Below are positions 45,152 to 55,076 of a stretch of 64,000 bases of DNA, piece after piece. The notes below the pieces were generated by a model. The model searched no databases. It saw nothing but the letters and a program-made list of their open reading frames with translations, and had not been told where the DNA came from. The position numbers and the translations under genes are program-made. Every line of letters starts with the position of its first letter. Positions within the stretch are counted from its first letter, which is position 1. The stretch comes from Clostridiales bacterium (GTDB lineage Bacteria > Bacillota > Clostridia > Christensenellales > UBA1242), in NCBI GenBank assembly GCA_015055905.1, contig SVHI01000002.1, positions 11,869 to 75,868 of the forward strand, in the 5' to 3' direction.

Positions 45152-47563
45152 TTATTTTACAATGATATTTAAAATCTTTTTTGGAACATAAATAACTTTA
45201 ACAATGTTTCCAGCAAGATGTTTTGAAATTTCTTCATTTGATTTAGAAACTTCAACAATTTCTTCTTGTGTTGCATCGGCGTTAACTTTAATAACCCCTC
45301 TAACCTTTCCATTAACTTGAACTGGGATTTCAATTTCACTTAAAACCAATGCTTTTTCGTCAATTTCAGGCCATTTTGAAGATTCAATATTTTCACCATA
45401 ACCCATTGTTTCAAATAATTCATTTGCGATGTGTGGAGCAAATGGACTAACAAGAAGAATAAGTTTTTTGTATTCATTATTTGTGAGTTTGTTTACTTTA
45501 TAAATCTCATTAACCAAAATCATAATTGCTGAAATTGCAGTGTTGAATTTCATATTTTCAATATCACTTGAAACCTTTTTGATTGTTGAGTTCATAATAA
45601 ATTCAAGGTCTTTTGTTGTTCCGTTTCCAGAAACAATTTCTTGCAAGTTCCAAATTCTATTCAAGAATTTATTACTTGCTTTCATACCTTCTTCACTCCA
45701 AGTTGCTTTTTCAGAATATTCACCAATGAAACTCATCCAAACACGAAGTGAGTCAGCACCATATTTATCAACCATAATTCTTGGATCAACACCATTTCCG
45801 GCACTTTTACTCATTTTCTTTCCGTCAGCACCCAAAATCAAACCTTGAGAAACACGTTTTTGGAATGGTTCATCAACTGGAACCAAACCAAGGTCATAAA
45901 GAACTTTAACCCAGAATCTAGCGTATAAAAGGTGTCTTGTTGTATGTTCATTTCCGCCATTGTAAAGTGCAACTGGAAGCCACGCTTTGAGAGCGTCCAT
46001 ACTTGCAAATTCTTTGTTATTGTGTGGATCACAATATCTTAAGAAATACCAAGATGAACCAGCCCAACCAGGCATTGTGTCTGTTTCTCTTTTTGCATCT
46101 GCTCCGCAGCAAGGACATTTTGTGTTAACCCAACTATCAATAACTGAAAGTGGACTTTCGCCATCTTTTGTTGGTTCATAAGATTCAACTTGTGGGAGTG
46201 TGATTGGCAAGTTTTCTTCTTTTTCAGGAACCCAACCACAATGAGGACAATTAATCATAGGAATTGGTTCACCCCAATATCTTTGACGAGAAAAAATCCA
46301 GTCTCTCATTTTGAAATTGAGTTTCTTTCTAGCAACACCAAGTTTAACAAGTTTATCAGTGATTGCAACTTTTGCTTCTTCAACAGTTAAACCTGTGAAT
46401 TCAGCAGAGTTCATAAGTTTGATACCTTTTCCAAGATAATCAAATTTTTCAAGTGCTTTTTCACTTACATCGCCTTCAATAACTTGAATTTTTGGAATAC
46501 CAAACTTGTCAGCAAATTCATAGTCTCTTTGGTCGTGTGTTGGAACAGCCATAACCGCACCAGTTCCGTAACCAGCAAGAACAAAATCACCAATATAAAC
46601 ATCAACTTCTTTTCCGTTTACAGGATTGATTGCTGTGATACCCTCAAGTTTGCAACCTGATTTATCTTTGTTCATTTCAGTTCTATCAAACTCAGATTTT
46701 TTAGCAGTTTCTTTTCTATATTTTTCAACTTCTTCCCAGTTAGTGATTTTATCTTTAAGTTCATCAACAAGTTTGTGTTCAGGAGCAATAACCATAAATG
46801 TGATACCATAAATGGTTTCAATACAAGTTGTGAAGATTGAGAATTTTCCACCTTGTTTGATTTCAAAATCAACCTCAACACCTTCACTCTTTCCAATCCA
46901 GTTAAGTTGTGAAAGTTTGATGTGGTCAAGATAATCTGTTTTTTCAAGGTCATCAGCAAGTCTTTCGCCATATTTTGTCATTTTTAAAACCCATTGAGCT
47001 TTTGCTTTTTGAGTTGTTTCAGCGTGACATTGACAACAAGTTCCATCTTCAACTTCTTCGTTAGCAAGAACACCACAGTTTGGACACCAGTTAACAGTTG
47101 TTTCTTGTTTTTCAGCAAGACCCTTTTTGAAGAATTGAATAAATTGCCATTGTGTCCATTTGTAATAATCTTCGTCACAAGAATTGATTGTTCTAGACCA
47201 ATCAAAAGACAAACCAATTTCTTTAATTTGTGTTTGGAATGTTTTAATATTTCTTTCAACAATTTCTTGAGGAAGTTTATGTTCACGAATAGCAGTTCTT
47301 TCAGCCTCTAATCCAAAAGCATCGGTTCCAAAAGGAAACAATACATTTTTTCCACAGAGTCTTTCTTTTCTTGCGTATGCATCAATCGCTGTATAACTTC
47401 TGCAATGACCAAGGTGCAAACCAATACCACTTGGATAAGGAAACTCAATCAAAATATATCTATTTTCTTTTCCTTCAGCGTGATTTTCAACATTATATGT
47501 TTTATTCTTTTCCCAATATTCTTGCCATTTCTTTTCAATATGTTTTGGCTCATACTTATTCAT
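45152..47563 (-). CDS. leuS: leucine--tRNA ligase
   Basis: 803 aa. HIGH-type motif GLHLGH, KMSKS motif KKMSKS, and a zinc-knuckle CPNCG...CCQC. Confidence 0.95.
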   Translation of the reverse strand: MNKYEPKHIEKKWQEYWEKNKTYNVENHAEGKENRYILIEFPYPSGIGLHLGHCRSYTAIDAYARKERLCGKNVLFPFGTDAFGLEAERTAIREHKLPQEIVERNIKTFQTQIKEIGLSFDWSRTINSCDEDYYKWTQWQFIQFFKKGLAEKQETTVNWCPNCGVLANEEVEDGTCCQCHAETTQKAKAQWVLKMTKYGERLADDLEKTDYLDHIKLSQLNWIGKSEGVEVDFEIKQGGKFSIFTTCIETIYGITFMVIAPEHKLVDELKDKITNWEEVEKYRKETAKKSEFDRTEMNKDKSGCKLEGITAINPVNGKEVDVYIGDFVLAGYGTGAVMAVPTHDQRDYEFADKFGIPKIQVIEGDVSEKALEKFDYLGKGIKLMNSAEFTGLTVEEAKVAITDKLVKLGVARKKLNFKMRDWIFSRQRYWGEPIPMINCPHCGWVPEKEENLPITLPQVESYEPTKDGESPLSVIDSWVNTKCPCCGADAKRETDTMPGWAGSSWYFLRYCDPHNNKEFASMDALKAWLPVALYNGGNEHTTRHLLYARFWVKVLYDLGLVPVDEPFQKRVSQGLILGADGKKMSKSAGNGVDPRIMVDKYGADSLRVWMSFIGEYSEKATWSEEGMKASNKFLNRIWNLQEIVSGNGTTKDLEFIMNSTIKKVSSDIENMKFNTAISAIMILVNEIYKVNKLTNNEYKKLILLVSPFAPHIANELFETMGYGENIESSKWPEIDEKALVLSEIEIPVQVNGKVRGVIKVNADATQEEIVEVSKSNEEISKHLAGNIVKVIYVPKKILNIIVK

Positions 47564-47645
47564 AGTTAAAACCTCGTTTAGTTAAAATATGTATTATAAT
47601 ATCACTAAAATAAGATTTTAACAATAAATTTTGAGAATAATCTCA

Positions 47646-48863
47646 TTATTTTTCTCTTTTTATAATAACTCCTTTTGTCGCGTTATATTTATTTTCTCTA
47701 ATCTTTCTAGTTTCGACTAGTTCACCTTTCTCATTATAAAAATTTAAATATCCCCTTGAATAATAACCATCTTTTGAAAAACTCAATCTTTTTTCTTCAC
47801 CAATATTTAAATCAATCACACCAAATCTCTCATAATCTGTTTCAATAACATCTTTTTCAGCTTTAATAATTCCAACCTTTTCACTGTGTCTAGTGATTTT
47901 AAATTTATTCTTTTTTCCAAAAATTTTAACTTTACATAAATCATTTTCGTAACTGGTTGTGAAGATAATTTGACCACCACTATTGTTTCTAATTTTTAAA
48001 TCACTCGACCCTGTGCTCACCATAGCATCAAAACTAGGCTCAATATATGACACTGGCAAACTATGTGAATTTGATTCAATAATTTCAAGGCCTGCGAGTA
48101 AACACGCATTATAAAGTGTTGTGCTAACTTGACAAACTCCTCCTCCAAAATCTTCAACAAATGTTCCATTTGAAATTATCTTTGCTTTTTGATATCCATT
48201 TTCCTCATTTCTTTTCCCTGTTGTTTGATTAAAACTCAAAACTTCACCTTCGTTTAAAACCAAGCCATCAAACTGACTAAGTGCTACTTTTATATTGTTT
48301 TTACGCTGAGGTGAACTAGTTTCAAAATTTGTTGTAAACGAACTTTTTTCTTTAAATAAATCTCTTGCTGAATTTGTGTTTTTATAATCTTTAATCTTTA
48401 GATTAATTTTTATGTTTGTTTCTTTATTTTTAATTTGCTCATAAATTTCATTATAAAAATTTTCTCTATCAACAAAATTTCCTTTTTTGCCTTCTTTGAA
48501 ACTTATCTCACATTTATTTTTTAACACAAAAACTTCGTCTGGTTTTTCACTTACTCCAAAATTTATATTTAACTTTTCTAAAATCAAATCAACTTCTGGA
48601 AAGACATATTTTAAAATTTCATCTTTTTGAAAATTTAATTTCTCTAATCTTTTTAATGTTTCAACTGAATGATAATTTTTTATTTGAACATCTGTTAAAT
48701 TAAGTTCAAAATCACTGCTTTTAAATTTATAAATTTTATCACAATATGAAACTTCATACTCATAATTATTTAAGTTAGACGCTGTCGCTATTTTTAAATT
48801 TGGAGTCATATAATTTATTACAGCAACAAAAAAGAGTATGAACAAATTTTTTATAATTTTCAT
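47646..48863 (-). CDS. VanW-family protein with an N-terminal signal/anchor
   Basis: 405 aa. GGGVCQVSTTLYNACLLAGLEI is the conserved VanW-domain core. Hydrophobic N-terminus. Confidence 0.75.
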   Translation of the reverse strand: MKIIKNLFILFFVAVINYMTPNLKIATASNLNNYEYEVSYCDKIYKFKSSDFELNLTDVQIKNYHSVETLKRLEKLNFQKDEILKYVFPEVDLILEKLNINFGVSEKPDEVFVLKNKCEISFKEGKKGNFVDRENFYNEIYEQIKNKETNIKINLKIKDYKNTNSARDLFKEKSSFTTNFETSSPQRKNNIKVALSQFDGLVLNEGEVLSFNQTTGKRNEENGYQKAKIISNGTFVEDFGGGVCQVSTTLYNACLLAGLEIIESNSHSLPVSYIEPSFDAMVSTGSSDLKIRNNSGGQIIFTTSYENDLCKVKIFGKKNKFKITRHSEKVGIIKAEKDVIETDYERFGVIDLNIGEEKRLSFSKDGYYSRGYLNFYNEKGELVETRKIRENKYNATKGVIIKREK

Positions 48864-48965
48864 ACTCTTATTATGTTTTTTTATTTTATAAATTATTATG
48901 TTTTAAGCAAAACTTAAAAACTAATATATTAAGCATTGTAAAACTTAATAAAATCAACAATTCCA

Positions 48966-50363
48966 TTAGTCTTCAATATAGAATCCACGTTTTGAATTTA
49001 TCAACTTATTTGCAACTAAAAGCAATTCTTTTTTGTTGTTTTTCTTTGGGTTAAGTGCAGCCCATAATAACAATTTATCTAAAAGAGTGTCAATGTTTTC
49101 AATGTTGATTTTTGGATAATTTTTGATAATATCGTCACCTTTTATCGCAAGGTCTCTAAGTTCAAATGGAGCCTTCTCTTTAAGCATTTCATTATAAATT
49201 TTTCTCAAAATTTCGGCAGACTTATTTTTCTTTCCGTAACCTGTTGTTTCATTATAAATTATAGTTTTAATTTCAATGATATTTTCAATAACTTCTTTAT
49301 TTTCGAAAATGAAAGTCTTAACAGCTTTTTTTGATGCAAAACCAAATCTATTGAAATCATATCCGTGAATAGTTTTGATAACGTTTTCAATAATTTTGTT
49401 AGAGTAACCAAGACCATTTAAACCAAGGTTGTTTTTAACAATAACACCAACAAATTCTTTAGAACCAAACATTGTTTTTCTTTCTTCTAAAGTTTTAACT
49501 TTAGCTGAATCGTGAAGAAGAACCGCAAGTCTAATTTTTGGTGAGGCATTTTTTAAACAATTCAAAATATGTTCATAAATTTTCTCACCTTTTTTATCAA
49601 CAACTTCAGTCTTTTTCATATCGCCCATTGTTGGTAAAATTTCATTCCAAATATCAAGTTCACCAATCAAAACCATTGCTCTAAAGTGAGCATCTTTTGT
49701 ATATAACAAATCAGGATAAATTTGGTCAGCAGTAAGCAATTTTTCAAATTCGTTTTTAAGTCTATATTTTGACATATAACAAACTTTGTAAGCATTTTGT
49801 TTTGCATAGAACCATTCTTCTTCAGGAATATCAAGACCAAGAGAACAAGCAAATCTAATAAGTCTCAAAATTCTTTCAGGGTCATCATTGAAAACAATTT
49901 TTGGAACCTTAACAGTTGTTATTTTTCTATCTTTAACATCTTGAAGTCCGCCAAGAGGGTCAATATAAGACGCATTTTCAATATCATAATAAATAGCATT
50001 AATTTTAAAATCACGACGCTTTGCATCTTCTTCTAAACTCTTAATAAACTCAACCCTGTTTGGTGTGTGAGATTCATCTTCATAAATCTCTCTTCTAAAT
50101 GTCGCAAACTCATATCTACGCTTTCCCAAAATAACCATAACACCCAAACTTTCATTGAGTGACTCAACTTTAAAGTTTGTGTCAGCAAGCATTTTTCTTA
50201 ATTCTTTTGGTGTAACAGCAGAACAAAGGTCGATATCATCACGAATCAAACTATTGATTCCTAAATAAGAATCACGAACATATCCACCAACGATATAGAG
50301 TTCTTTTCCGTTGATAGCAAAAATATGAGAAAGTTCTTTTAATTCAGCAGGAATTTTTATCAT
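48966..50363 (-). CDS. cca: CCA-adding tRNA nucleotidyltransferase / poly(A) polymerase-family protein with an HD-like region
   Basis: 465 aa. GGYVRDSYLG and DIDL head-domain motifs, RRDFKINAIYYD, later LLHDSAK. Confidence 0.8.
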   Translation of the reverse strand: MIKIPAELKELSHIFAINGKELYIVGGYVRDSYLGINSLIRDDIDLCSAVTPKELRKMLADTNFKVESLNESLGVMVILGKRRYEFATFRREIYEDESHTPNRVEFIKSLEEDAKRRDFKINAIYYDIENASYIDPLGGLQDVKDRKITTVKVPKIVFNDDPERILRLIRFACSLGLDIPEEEWFYAKQNAYKVCYMSKYRLKNEFEKLLTADQIYPDLLYTKDAHFRAMVLIGELDIWNEILPTMGDMKKTEVVDKKGEKIYEHILNCLKNASPKIRLAVLLHDSAKVKTLEERKTMFGSKEFVGVIVKNNLGLNGLGYSNKIIENVIKTIHGYDFNRFGFASKKAVKTFIFENKEVIENIIEIKTIIYNETTGYGKKNKSAEILRKIYNEMLKEKAPFELRDLAIKGDDIIKNYPKINIENIDTLLDKLLLWAALNPKKNNKKELLLVANKLINSKRGFYIED

Positions 50364-50498
50364 AATAATCTTTCACCCCATTTTATTTCACATTAATATT
50401 ATCACAATTTATTTTATTACTCAAACATATTTCGTTTATTAAAATTATTTTTTATAAATTTTTAGTATATTTTTTACTAATTTATAAAAACTAAGAAT

Positions 50499-51173
50499 AT
50501 GAAAAAAATATTTTCTATTTTTGTGGTTCTATTAATATTTTTAACTTCTGGTTGTTCAAAAACAACAAATGTTTCAAATGCCACAAATTTAGAAGATGTA
50601 GTGGCTTATGAACTTGAACAGATTAATAGCACTCAAAATCTTGATGACGAAACACTAAAATCTTTGTCGGTAATAATTAGAACAAACACTATTTTAAATA
50701 ATGATTTTCAAGATAAAAATTATAACCCTTCTCAAAGGTATAAAGATATCGTAAATGAAACTAAAAATCAAACATTAAAAATCAATGAAAATGCTGAATT
50801 TATCGATATTTCAACTCAAGATTATGAATGGAAAAAATCAATCAAAAAAGATAAACTTTTGGAGTTCGCTTATTTAAACAATATTTCTCTTTCTAACTTA
50901 TCTAATATTGAGCCAATTTACAAAGAAGAAAAAATTGAAAAAATAAACATTGCTGGAAATAGTTTTGATTATAAAGAACTAGCAGAAAATTTTGATTTAG
51001 AGTCAAATGATATAATAAATATAGAAACAACAAACAAAGAAGTTGTTATTTATGGTAAAAATAAAGGTTTTCATAATAAGTTTGATTATGATGAATCAAA
51101 AAATTTATCTAAGCAAGGAAAAAATTATAAAGAAATATTAAATAATTTATACCCTAATTTTGAAATAAATTAA
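50499..51173 (+). CDS. lipoprotein, function unknown
   Basis: 224 aa. Signal peptide with lipobox LTSGC. Confidence 0.6.
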   Translation: MKKIFSIFVVLLIFLTSGCSKTTNVSNATNLEDVVAYELEQINSTQNLDDETLKSLSVIIRTNTILNNDFQDKNYNPSQRYKDIVNETKNQTLKINENAEFIDISTQDYEWKKSIKKDKLLEFAYLNNISLSNLSNIEPIYKEEKIEKINIAGNSFDYKELAENFDLESNDIINIETTNKEVVIYGKNKGFHNKFDYDESKNLSKQGKNYKEILNNLYPNFEIN

Positions 51174-51349
51174 TAAATGTTAAAAACTTTTAATAACTTT
51201 AATAAAAAACAAATAATATTAAGAAATTATTAACCATTAAAAACCTTATTTTAAAGGGTTTAAGTGACTTATTAACATATTAACAAACTATATTATTACT
51301 ATTATTCTTAAATAATTTATTTATCTTGTTGAGAAAACTCGAGAAAAAA

Positions 51350-51384
51350 ATAAATAAAAAAACCTCTTAAGAACTAAGAGGTTA
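51350..51384 (-). terminator. intrinsic terminator after the ABC exporter pair
   Basis: The minus strand reads aacctctta-gttct-taagaggtt followed by a T-rich run. Confidence 0.65.
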
Positions 51385-51388
51385 AATT

Positions 51389-53215
51389 TTATCCTGCAGA
51401 AGAAATTTCAAATTGACTGTTATAAAGATTTGCATAGAATCCCTTTTTCTTTAAAAGTTCTGCGTGAGTTCCCTGTTCGATTATTTGTCCTTTATTCATA
51501 ACGAGAATAACATCTGCAGAAGTGATTGTTGATAATCTATGCGCAACAACAAAACTTGTTCTTCCCTTCATAATATTATCAAATGCCTGTTGAACTTGTT
51601 TTTCTGTTCTTGTGTCAATATTGCTGGTTGCTTCATCAAGAATAAGCATTGGAGGTTTTAAAAGCATTACCCTAGCAATACATATTAATTGTTTTTCACC
51701 TTGTGAGAGATTGCTTCCGCCTTCAATAATTTCTGTGTCATATTTATTTGGAAGTTTCTCGATATATTCGTGAATCCCAGCAAGTTTCGCAGCCTCAATA
51801 ATATCATCAAGTGGTGCATTTGGGTTTCCATAAGCGATATTTTCACGAATTGTTGAGTTAAATAACCAGGTATCCTGAAGAACCATACCATATTTATTTC
51901 TCAAACTCTTTCTAGAAATTTCTTTAATAGGTGTATCACTAACAGTGATATAACCTGAGTTTACATCATAGAAACGCATCAATAAGTTAATTAAGGTCGA
52001 TTTTCCACAACCAGTTGGACCTACAATAGCAATTTTTTGACCTTGTTTTACACTAAGGTTAAAGTTTTGAATAAGTTGTGTTTTTGGAACATAAGAGAAA
52101 TTAACGTTTCTAAGTTCAATTTCACCAGTGCAGTTTAAAAGGTCTGGTAACATTTCGTCACTTGGTTCGTCTTTTTCTTCTAATATTTCAAACACACGGT
52201 TTGCTGCAGCAAAAGATGCTTGAATATCACTAATTTGTTCACTAATATCAGCAAATGGTTCACCAAAACTATTTGCATAAGATAGGAATGTTGTAATGAT
52301 ACCAACCTGAATCTCCCCTGTTAATGCCAGGGCGCAACCAACTAAACCAACTGAACCATAAACAATACCATTTATAAATCTTGTTGTTGGTGCTGTAAGT
52401 GTGCTATAGAAAAGTGATTTTGTTGAAATTTTTGTAAAATCTTCGTTAATGGCTTTAAATGTTTCAATACTCTTATCTTCGTGGTTAAATGCTTTAACAA
52501 TTCTTTCGCCACCAATATATTCTTCAAGATAACCAGAAATGTCACCTTGTTTTTCAATTTCTTTTTGAACGTATTTTTTTGATTTTTTAACAATTATATA
52601 AGAAATAATTAAACTCATTGGAGTTAAGATAACAATAACGATTGAGAGTTTAATGTTTAATACAAACATCGCAACAAGTGTTCCAATAATTGTTGTTATA
52701 CCAGAAAGTGCGGTTGCTAAACTTTGTAAAAATCCATCGGTCATAACATCAATATCATTAACCATTCTTGAAATTAAGTCACCGTGTGATGAGTTATCAA
52801 TGAAACTGATTGGAACTTTTTGGAGTTTTTCGAAAAGTAAGTCTCTAATTTTATAAGTTCCTTTATAGTTAAATTTAGCAAGACAAACTTGTTGTGAGAA
52901 GTTTGTTAAAAACGAGACGACAGATAAAATGGCTATTATACCCATATTTTTATAGAGTTCTGTAAAGTTAACATTACCCTGTGAAATAATACAGTTGATA
53001 CTATAACCTGTGTAAACAGGAATTAAAATTATAGTTAAGGTATAAATAATATCTAAAAGTAAAGCTAAATAGAAATACCATCTATAATCTTTAGCATAGG
53101 TAAAAACCTTCTTTAAAACCAAGAAGGAATTTTTTCTTTTTGAATATTTTTGTTTAAATTTTGAAACGTGTTTTTCACGCATTTCATTAGAAGACAATCT
53201 TTTGTAATTTTCCAT
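51389..53215 (-). CDS. ABC exporter, fused permease/ATPase (heterodimer partner 2)
   Basis: 608 aa. Six N-terminal TM segments, Walker A GPTGCGKST, signature LSQGEKQ, Walker B ILDEATS. Confidence 0.9.
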   Translation of the reverse strand: MENYKRLSSNEMREKHVSKFKQKYSKRKNSFLVLKKVFTYAKDYRWYFYLALLLDIIYTLTIILIPVYTGYSINCIISQGNVNFTELYKNMGIIAILSVVSFLTNFSQQVCLAKFNYKGTYKIRDLLFEKLQKVPISFIDNSSHGDLISRMVNDIDVMTDGFLQSLATALSGITTIIGTLVAMFVLNIKLSIVIVILTPMSLIISYIIVKKSKKYVQKEIEKQGDISGYLEEYIGGERIVKAFNHEDKSIETFKAINEDFTKISTKSLFYSTLTAPTTRFINGIVYGSVGLVGCALALTGEIQVGIITTFLSYANSFGEPFADISEQISDIQASFAAANRVFEILEEKDEPSDEMLPDLLNCTGEIELRNVNFSYVPKTQLIQNFNLSVKQGQKIAIVGPTGCGKSTLINLLMRFYDVNSGYITVSDTPIKEISRKSLRNKYGMVLQDTWLFNSTIRENIAYGNPNAPLDDIIEAAKLAGIHEYIEKLPNKYDTEIIEGGSNLSQGEKQLICIARVMLLKPPMLILDEATSNIDTRTEKQVQQAFDNIMKGRTSFVVAHRLSTITSADVILVMNKGQIIEQGTHAELLKKKGFYANLYNSQFEISSAG

Positions 53216-54966
53216 TATTTTGTCTCCTTTTTATTTTGTGAATAATGAATTTCTTGATAAATTTGACATCTTTCCAAAAGTTCAGTATGTGTTCCAATAT
53301 CAATAATATTACCATTATTAACAACAATAATTTTGTTAGCGTCACGAATGGAGTTTGTTCTTTGAGTTACAATAAAAACAGTGCTTTCAGTTAAATTGTT
53401 TCTAATTGATTTTCTTAATTTTGCATCAGTTGCAAAGTCAAGAGCACTTGAAGAATCGTCTAAAATAATAATATGAGGATTTCCAATCAAACCTCTTGCA
53501 ATGGTAAGTCTTTGGCGTTGACCACCTGAGAAGTTTTTTCCGCCCTTGTTTACTTTGTGTTCCAAGAAATCTGGATATTCTTTAACAAAATCATAAGCTT
53601 GAGCAATTTTTAAAGCCTTAATAATTTCTTCATCGGTTGCGTCTTGTTTTCTCCAACACATATTTGAACGGATTGTTCCTTCGAATAATGTTGGGTTTTG
53701 AGGAACTAAACCAATAATATTTCTAAGGTCTTCGATATTATATTTTTTAATATTTACGTCATTAACCAAAATTTCACCAGATGTAACATCATAGAATCTT
53801 GGAATAAGGTTTATAATTGAACTTTTACCACTTCCCGTTCCACCGATAATACCAATAATTTCGCCTGGTTCGGCTTTAAATGAAAGGTCTGTTACAGCAT
53901 TTTTTACACTTGAGTATGAGAAATTAACATCTTTAAATTCAACCTTTCCAAGATTAATATCATCAAAATCAACTTTTGTTGGGTTTGATGGGTTTTTAAT
54001 TGAATTTTTTACAGTCATTAATTCATTAATTCTAACAGCAGAAGCATTCATTCTTGTAATGATTGTGATAAGGTTTGCAAGAGTTACAATACAAACAGAA
54101 ATTGTTCCAAAGTAGTCAATAAAAGCAATGAGTTTACCTTGTGAAAGTCCACCAACATTAACTTCAATACCACCAAAATAGAATAACAATAAAACGGCAA
54201 GGTTAACAACCATCGAAATTAGTGGTGATAAAGCACTATTCCACTCACCGTGTTTTATTTGAGTTGAAATTAAATCATAGTTAGCATTTTTAAATTTTTC
54301 AGTTTCATAGTTTTGTTTATTAAATGCCCTAACTACCCTAACACCTGTTAAATTTTCACGAGTAACATTTGTTGTTTTATCAAGTTTTGTTTTAATGGTT
54401 AAAAGTAAAGGTTTTAGCTTTGACATAACTTTCCAAACAATCAAAACTAAAAGTGGAATAATTACAACAAACACAAGACTGAGTTTAATATTGATAAACA
54501 GAGACATTATAAGTGAACCAATAATTAAAACAGGTGCACGCATAATTACTCTTAAAATTGAGCCAAGACCCACTTGAATATTTCTAACGTCATTAACACT
54601 TCTATTTAAAAGAGTTGTGGTTGAAAATTTATCCAGTTCGGAGTGTGATAAATCGTTTATATGTTCAAAAATATCATTTCTAATATCTTTTCCAGCACCA
54701 CGAGATGCAATGGCAGCACATTTTTGACCTATTATAGCAAAGATAATACCAATAATATTTAAGGCTAAAATCAAAATTCCATTTCTAATAATATACCCAA
54801 CGTCGTTATGAGCGATACCAATGTCAATAATTTTTGCCATAATGTAAGGAACAAAAAGTTCAGATAAAGTTTCTACACCTTTACAAAATGGAGCAAAAAA
54901 AGACTGAGTTTTATATTTTCTCAGGTATCCAAAATAATTAAATTCCTTTTTAACTTTATTTTTCAT
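53215..54966 (-). CDS. ABC exporter, fused permease/ATPase (heterodimer partner 1)
   Basis: 583 aa. Walker A GGTGSGKSS, signature FSGGQRQR, Walker B IILDDSSSALD. TAATG overlap with the downstream partner. Confidence 0.9.
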   Translation of the reverse strand: MKNKVKKEFNYFGYLRKYKTQSFFAPFCKGVETLSELFVPYIMAKIIDIGIAHNDVGYIIRNGILILALNIIGIIFAIIGQKCAAIASRGAGKDIRNDIFEHINDLSHSELDKFSTTTLLNRSVNDVRNIQVGLGSILRVIMRAPVLIIGSLIMSLFINIKLSLVFVVIIPLLVLIVWKVMSKLKPLLLTIKTKLDKTTNVTRENLTGVRVVRAFNKQNYETEKFKNANYDLISTQIKHGEWNSALSPLISMVVNLAVLLLFYFGGIEVNVGGLSQGKLIAFIDYFGTISVCIVTLANLITIITRMNASAVRINELMTVKNSIKNPSNPTKVDFDDINLGKVEFKDVNFSYSSVKNAVTDLSFKAEPGEIIGIIGGTGSGKSSIINLIPRFYDVTSGEILVNDVNIKKYNIEDLRNIIGLVPQNPTLFEGTIRSNMCWRKQDATDEEIIKALKIAQAYDFVKEYPDFLEHKVNKGGKNFSGGQRQRLTIARGLIGNPHIIILDDSSSALDFATDAKLRKSIRNNLTESTVFIVTQRTNSIRDANKIIVVNNGNIIDIGTHTELLERCQIYQEIHYSQNKKETK

Positions 54967-55076
54967 ATTGTCTTAAACCATTGTAATTTTTTATTATTTC
55001 GTGTATAATTAATACTAGTATTTAATTTATTATAATGTAAAAGAAAAATTCAGTCAAACAAAAGGAGTGGATTATT

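Noticed and set aside
47564-47645. An expected T-box leader upstream of leuS.
   Set aside because: Only 82 nt separate leuS from the upstream stop codon. They contain a plausible promoter (TTGTTA, 17 nt, TATTAT with an upstream TG) and the Shine-Dalgarno. This is too short for a T-box, and no specifier or terminator-antiterminator structure is visible.
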